DNA from: Aquificaceae bacterium
Lineage (GTDB): Bacteria > Aquificota > Aquificia > Aquificales > Aquificaceae
Length of the DNA stretch: 20,282 bases
Reading direction: 5' to 3'
Assembly: GCA_041640635.1 (NCBI GenBank)
Contig: JBEPZX010000021.1
Span: forward strand, 1 to 20,282
Shown piece by piece: positions 17,017 to 20,282 of the stretch. The first letter of the stretch is position 1. Each line of letters begins with the position of its first letter. Position numbers and translations under genes: made by a program. The notes beneath the pieces are model-generated. The model made no database searches. It saw only the letters and a program-made list of their open reading frames with translations, and was not told the origin of the DNA.

Positions 17017-17088
17017 AGCGGGCGACGGGACTCGAACCCGCGACCTTCTGCTTGGGAAGCAGACGCTCCACCTCTGAGCTACGCCCGC
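17017..17088 (-). tRNA. tRNA-Gly (anticodon CCC), CCA not encoded
   Basis: Reverse complement GCGGGCGTAGCTCAGAGGTGGAGCGTCTGCTTCCCAAGCAGAAGGTCGCGGGTTCGAGTCCCGTCGCCCGCT. Acceptor stem GCGGGCG/CGCCCGC, anticodon arm TCTGC-TTCCCAA-GCAGA, discriminator U. Confidence 0.97.
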
Positions 17089-17092
17089 TAAT

Positions 17093-18058
17093 TTATAATT
17101 TTAAATCTTTTACCCAGTTCCAGTTATCTTTGAACCACTTAACCATTCTTTCTAGTCCTTCTTCTAAACTAACCTTGGGATACCAATCTAAAAGCTCCTT
17201 AGCCTTGTCTATATCTGCCCATGTGCCTTGCATATCAACCTTTGGAAACTCCAAGTTCTTTATTATGGCTTTTTTACCTATGTATCTCTCCGCTATCTGT
17301 ATGTATTCCAAAACGGTGTGAGGTTTGTTGTTACCTAAGTTTATTATCTGATAACCCAGAGGTTTCAGCGCGTTTACAGTTCCTTCCGCTATATCGTCTA
17401 TATACGTAAAGTCCCTTGTTTGCATGCCATCGCCGTAAAGCTGTATAGGGCTTCCTTCCATAATCCACCGCACGAACCTAAACACTCCCATATCGGGTCT
17501 TCCCGCCGGTCCGTAAACGGTGAAGTATCTCACGATACTGACATCTATACCGTAAAGGTAATGATAAGTGTAACAAAGAACTTCAGAGGCTTTCTTTGAT
17601 GCCGCGTAGGGGGATATAGGGGTGTTTACGGGAAGATCTTCCTTAAAGGGCATGGGTTGTCCTGCGTACAAAGAGGAAGTGGAAGCATGGACGATTTTGG
17701 AAACACCGAACTCTTTACAAAGCTCCAGTATGTTCAAAAGTCCATTTACGTTGGTGGTAAAGTAAACAAAAGGGTTTTCCACAGAATACCTTACACCAGC
17801 TCTCGCAGCTTCGTTTATCACAGCATCGATTTTGTGATTTTTAAAAACATCCCTTAAACCTTGTAAGTCCTCTATATCCACGTAGTAAAAGGTAAAGTTT
17901 TTGTTTTCCTTTAAGGTGCTTAGTCTATACTCCTTGATTCTCACATCGTTGTAGTCGTTTAGGTTGTCTACTCCTATTACCGTGTGCCCTTGCTCCAGTA
18001 ACTTTTGGGAAACCTTCCAACCTATGAATCCTGCACAACCGGTTACCAGTATGTTCAT
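17093..18058 (-). CDS. NAD-dependent nucleotide-sugar epimerase (UDP-glucuronate 4-epimerase-like extended SDR)
   Basis: ILVTGCAGFIG, GVDNLNDY, AARAGVRYSVENP, ASTSSLY, YAASK, RYFTVYGPAGRPDM and RDFTYIDDIAEG. Confidence 0.93.
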   Translation of the reverse strand: MNILVTGCAGFIGWKVSQKLLEQGHTVIGVDNLNDYNDVRIKEYRLSTLKENKNFTFYYVDIEDLQGLRDVFKNHKIDAVINEAARAGVRYSVENPFVYFTTNVNGLLNILELCKEFGVSKIVHASTSSLYAGQPMPFKEDLPVNTPISPYAASKKASEVLCYTYHYLYGIDVSIVRYFTVYGPAGRPDMGVFRFVRWIMEGSPIQLYGDGMQTRDFTYIDDIAEGTVNALKPLGYQIINLGNNKPHTVLEYIQIAERYIGKKAIIKNLEFPKVDMQGTWADIDKAKELLDWYPKVSLEEGLERMVKWFKDNWNWVKDLKL

Positions 18059-18072
18059 TTAAATTATTTTAA
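18059..18072. promoter_or_regulatory. Putative bidirectional promoter for the epimerase (-) and the TIGR00725 gene (+)
   Basis: 14-bp all-AT spacer TTAAATTATTTTAA. Plus strand TAAATT at 18060-18065 and minus strand TAAAAT at 18071-18066, each 7 nt before an ATG. Confidence 0.55.
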
Positions 18073-18546
18073 ATGAGAAAGGTTCACGTATCCGTTATTG
18101 GCTCTTCCCAAGCAACACCTGAAGAGTATCACTTTGCTTACCTTTTGGGTAAGGAGCTAGCCAAAAGATCCTTAATTGTGGTGTGCGGTGGCAAAGAAGG
18201 TGTTATGGAAGCAGTATGTAAAGGAGCGAAGGAAGAAGGGGGAATTACCGTAGGTATACTCCCATCTTACGATGGCAAAGACGCCAATCCTTACGTGGAC
18301 ATTCTGATAAGAACAGGTATGAATCACAACAGAAATCCCATAGTTGTGGCAAGTGGGGATATAGTGATTGCCATAGGTGGAAGCTACGGAACTCTGTCGG
18401 AAATAGCTTATGCCTTGATACTGCAAAAACCCGTCTTAGGTTACAAAACCCACAAGGTGGAAGGTGTGAAAGAATGCGCCAGTTTGGAAAGCCTCTTGGT
18501 TGAACTGGATAGGCTTTTGGAAAGCTTTAGAGGTTTTTATCTTTAG
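18073..18546 (+). CDS. TIGR00725 family protein (LOG/Smf-like Rossmann fold)
   Basis: VSVIGSS, VVCGGKEGVMEAVCKGAKEEGGITVGILP, RNPIVVASGD and GGSYGTLSEIAYAL. Confidence 0.88.
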   Translation: MRKVHVSVIGSSQATPEEYHFAYLLGKELAKRSLIVVCGGKEGVMEAVCKGAKEEGGITVGILPSYDGKDANPYVDILIRTGMNHNRNPIVVASGDIVIAIGGSYGTLSEIAYALILQKPVLGYKTHKVEGVKECASLESLLVELDRLLESFRGFYL

Positions 18547-18565
18547 TAAAACTTCAGTAGTAAAA

Positions 18566-18599
18566 TGATATAATCTTGCCAAAAGCCCAAAAGGGAGGT
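18566..18599 (+). promoter_or_regulatory. Extended -10 and Shine-Dalgarno of the TPR gene
   Basis: TGATATAAT at 18566-18574 and GGAGGT at 18594-18599, 7 nt before ATG 18607. Confidence 0.65.
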
Positions 18600-18606
18600 C
18601 TTGCAT

Positions 18607-19536
18607 ATGAAAACAAGATACCGTGTCATAGTAATGGCATTAGCAGTTATTCTTGTTTTTCTTCATACAACCGCTTTTGCTCAGATTTATGTCGAAAGGT
18701 GCGCCAACTATTATAATGCAGGAGACTATAAAAGAGCTATTGAGGAAGGTAAAAAAGCTGTAAAGCTTTATCCTAAAAATTTTTATGCCCATTTCTGTCT
18801 TGGCATGTCTTATTTGAAAGTAGGTGAACTCGATCTTGCTCTTTCAAATATGAAAAATGCTGAGAAATTGGCTATATCTAAAGAAGATTTACCTGCTGTT
18901 TACAACTTACTTGGTTTAATTTATAGTAACAAAGGTGACCTCGACAATGCGCTATTTTATTATAGCAAACACCTTTCCTTATCTCGTGAACTTGGTGATA
19001 AAAGAGGGGAAGCATCAGCCCTTAACAATATTGCCGGTGTATATCGTAGTAAGGGTGATCTTGACAAAGCACTCGACTATTTGGAGCAGTCATTAAGACT
19101 CAAAACAGATGAAAAAGATAAAGTTACAACACTGAATAATATAGCCACTATTTATACAGATAAAGGCAATTTTACAAAAGCAGTTGAGTATTTTAAAAAG
19201 TCTATAGAAATTAGTGAAAGAGTTGGAGACTACCATGGAGGCGGTCAAACAATGCTTAACCTTGGTGACACTTATAGACAAATGAAAGATTTTGAGAATG
19301 CATGGTATTATTTGAATGAAGGTCTAAAGAGAGTTACAAAGGTTGGAGATAAGTATTGGGAAACGTATGCATATCTCTATTTTGGTCACTACTACCGAGA
19401 TACAGGGGATAAGAAAAAAGCCAAGGAGTATTATGAAAAGAGCTTGGAGCTTGCAAAAGCTATTGGTTCAGATAAACTTGCATCTCACACAATTGACGCA
19501 TTGAACAAATTGGAATCTCAGAAAAAAACCAAGTGA
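18607..19536 (+). CDS. Secreted tetratricopeptide-repeat protein
   Basis: Signal peptide MKTRYRVIVMALAVILVFLHTTAFA-Q. About 7 TPR units (GDYKRA, GELDLA, GDLDNA, GDLDKA, GNFTKA, KDFENA, GDKKKA) spaced 34, 37, 40, 37, 40 and 40 aa. Start set at ATG 18607 by SD spacing. Confidence 0.9.
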   Translation: MKTRYRVIVMALAVILVFLHTTAFAQIYVERCANYYNAGDYKRAIEEGKKAVKLYPKNFYAHFCLGMSYLKVGELDLALSNMKNAEKLAISKEDLPAVYNLLGLIYSNKGDLDNALFYYSKHLSLSRELGDKRGEASALNNIAGVYRSKGDLDKALDYLEQSLRLKTDEKDKVTTLNNIATIYTDKGNFTKAVEYFKKSIEISERVGDYHGGGQTMLNLGDTYRQMKDFENAWYYLNEGLKRVTKVGDKYWETYAYLYFGHYYRDTGDKKKAKEYYEKSLELAKAIGSDKLASHTIDALNKLESQKKTK

Positions 19537-19549
19537 ATGCAAAGCTACA

Positions 19550-19577
19550 GGGGAGAGTGAGTTTTGCTCCCTCTTTT
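19550..19577 (+). terminator. Probable intrinsic terminator after the TPR gene
   Basis: GGGGAG...CTCCCT stem followed by CTTTTGCCTTTTCGTTTTT. Confidence 0.55.
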
Positions 19578-19661
19578 GCCTTTTCGTTTTTAACCTCTTT
19601 CAGTTATATGATGCAAAGAAAAATAGGTAATTTCATCTACTTAGTTAAACTGAACAAACTT

Positions 19662-20282
19662 TTAGAAACTCTTAAAAGCTTTCATCTTTAGCAGGACCTC
19701 TTGCCACTCTTTTTCTTCGTCTGAGTCCCAAACGATACCGCATCCTGAGTAGTAGGAAAGTGTGTTTTTTCTTTTTACAGCTGTTCTTATGAGCAAAGAA
19801 AGCGTGAAGTTCTCTCCATACACAAACCCAGCGCAACCGCAGTAGTAGGAGCGTGGATGTTTTTCCAATTGGTTTATTACCTCTATAGCCTTTAGTTTGG
19901 GAGCGCCAGTGACCGATGCTGGTGGAAAGGTGGCACGTAGTATTTGGATAAGATCTTTGTCAGTATTGGCGCACACGGTAGAGTGCATTTGACACAGTGT
20001 TTTGTAAATTTCTACTCTAAAAAGTTCTTTCACAAAAACACTTCCCGGTTTTGCCACCTTTCCAAGGTCGTTCCTTACCATATCCGTTATCATCAGGTTT
20101 TCCGCTCTCTCCTTTGGACTACTTAAAATCTCCTGTGGATTTGTTCCTGTTCCCTTTATTGGTTTGCTGGTGAGTAAGTTTCCCTTTTTCTCCAAAAAGA
20201 GCTCCATAGAACCGGAAATGATACAGAACTCCTTTAGCTCCAGATAGAAAGCGTAAGGCGTAGGCTGTCTGTGGAAAAAATC
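19662..20282 (-). CDS. pabB: Aminodeoxychorismate synthase component I (partial; 5' part lies outside the window)
   Basis: Frame stays open from the track's Met to the right edge (DFFHRQPTPYAFYLELKEFCIISGSMELF...). KPIKGT (Lys-containing PabB motif; TrpE has PIAGT), KERAENLMITDMVRNDLG, FPPASVTGAPK and GCGIVWDS. Confidence 0.85.
   Translation of the reverse strand, partial: DFFHRQPTPYAFYLELKEFCIISGSMELFLEKKGNLLTSKPIKGTGTNPQEILSSPKERAENLMITDMVRNDLGKVAKPGSVFVKELFRVEIYKTLCQMHSTVCANTDKDLIQILRATFPPASVTGAPKLKAIEVINQLEKHPRSYYCGCAGFVYGENFTLSLLIRTAVKRKNTLSYYSGCGIVWDSDEEKEWQEVLLKMKAFKSF

Noticed and set aside
17052..17321. 89-aa plus-strand ORF
   Set aside because: Overlaps tRNA-Gly and the epimerase on the opposite strand.
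19662..20207. A complete 181-aa protein, or trpE
   Set aside because: The frame continues without a stop to the window edge, so the Met is internal; PIKGT favours PabB over TrpE.
1..20282. A novel multi-gene defence, mobile or biosynthetic system
   Set aside because: Nearly all ORFs are recognisable housekeeping families. I found no nuclease, recombinase, reverse transcriptase, repeat array, frameshift or in-frame stop to support such a claim.

Overview
A gene-dense, AT-rich bacterial chromosomal segment of mostly housekeeping genes. Gene content and the scattered, non-canonical operons point to Aquificota, probably Aquificaceae (Hydrogenobacter/Thermocrinis/Aquifex-like); this is an inference from protein families, not a database result. 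In order it holds the 3' end of an unknown gene, an archaeal-type ATP-dependent DNA ligase, tRNA-Lys(CTT), a hypothetical gene, a YyaL-type thioredoxin-domain protein, gcvPB, dnaN, accD, scpA, a UbiE/MenG methyltransferase, a hypothetical gene, icd, lspA, purL, fabI, an MJ0400-like aldolase (AroA'), a TonB-like protein, gpsA, a small Zn-ribbon ORF, tRNA-Gly(CCC), an NAD-dependent epimerase, a TIGR00725 protein, a secreted TPR protein and the 3' part of pabB. I see no CRISPR array, integrase, transposase, defence locus or other clearly new multi-gene system. The strongest unexplained signal is regulatory. Almost every gene heading a likely transcription unit has a -10-like hexamer 6-9 nt before its ATG and no Shine-Dalgarno (leaderless pattern), while internal operon genes have SD motifs. 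Three divergent gene pairs are separated by only 14-18 bp containing back-to-back -10 boxes. Several ORF-track starts are corrected below (icd, TonB-like, TPR, pabB).
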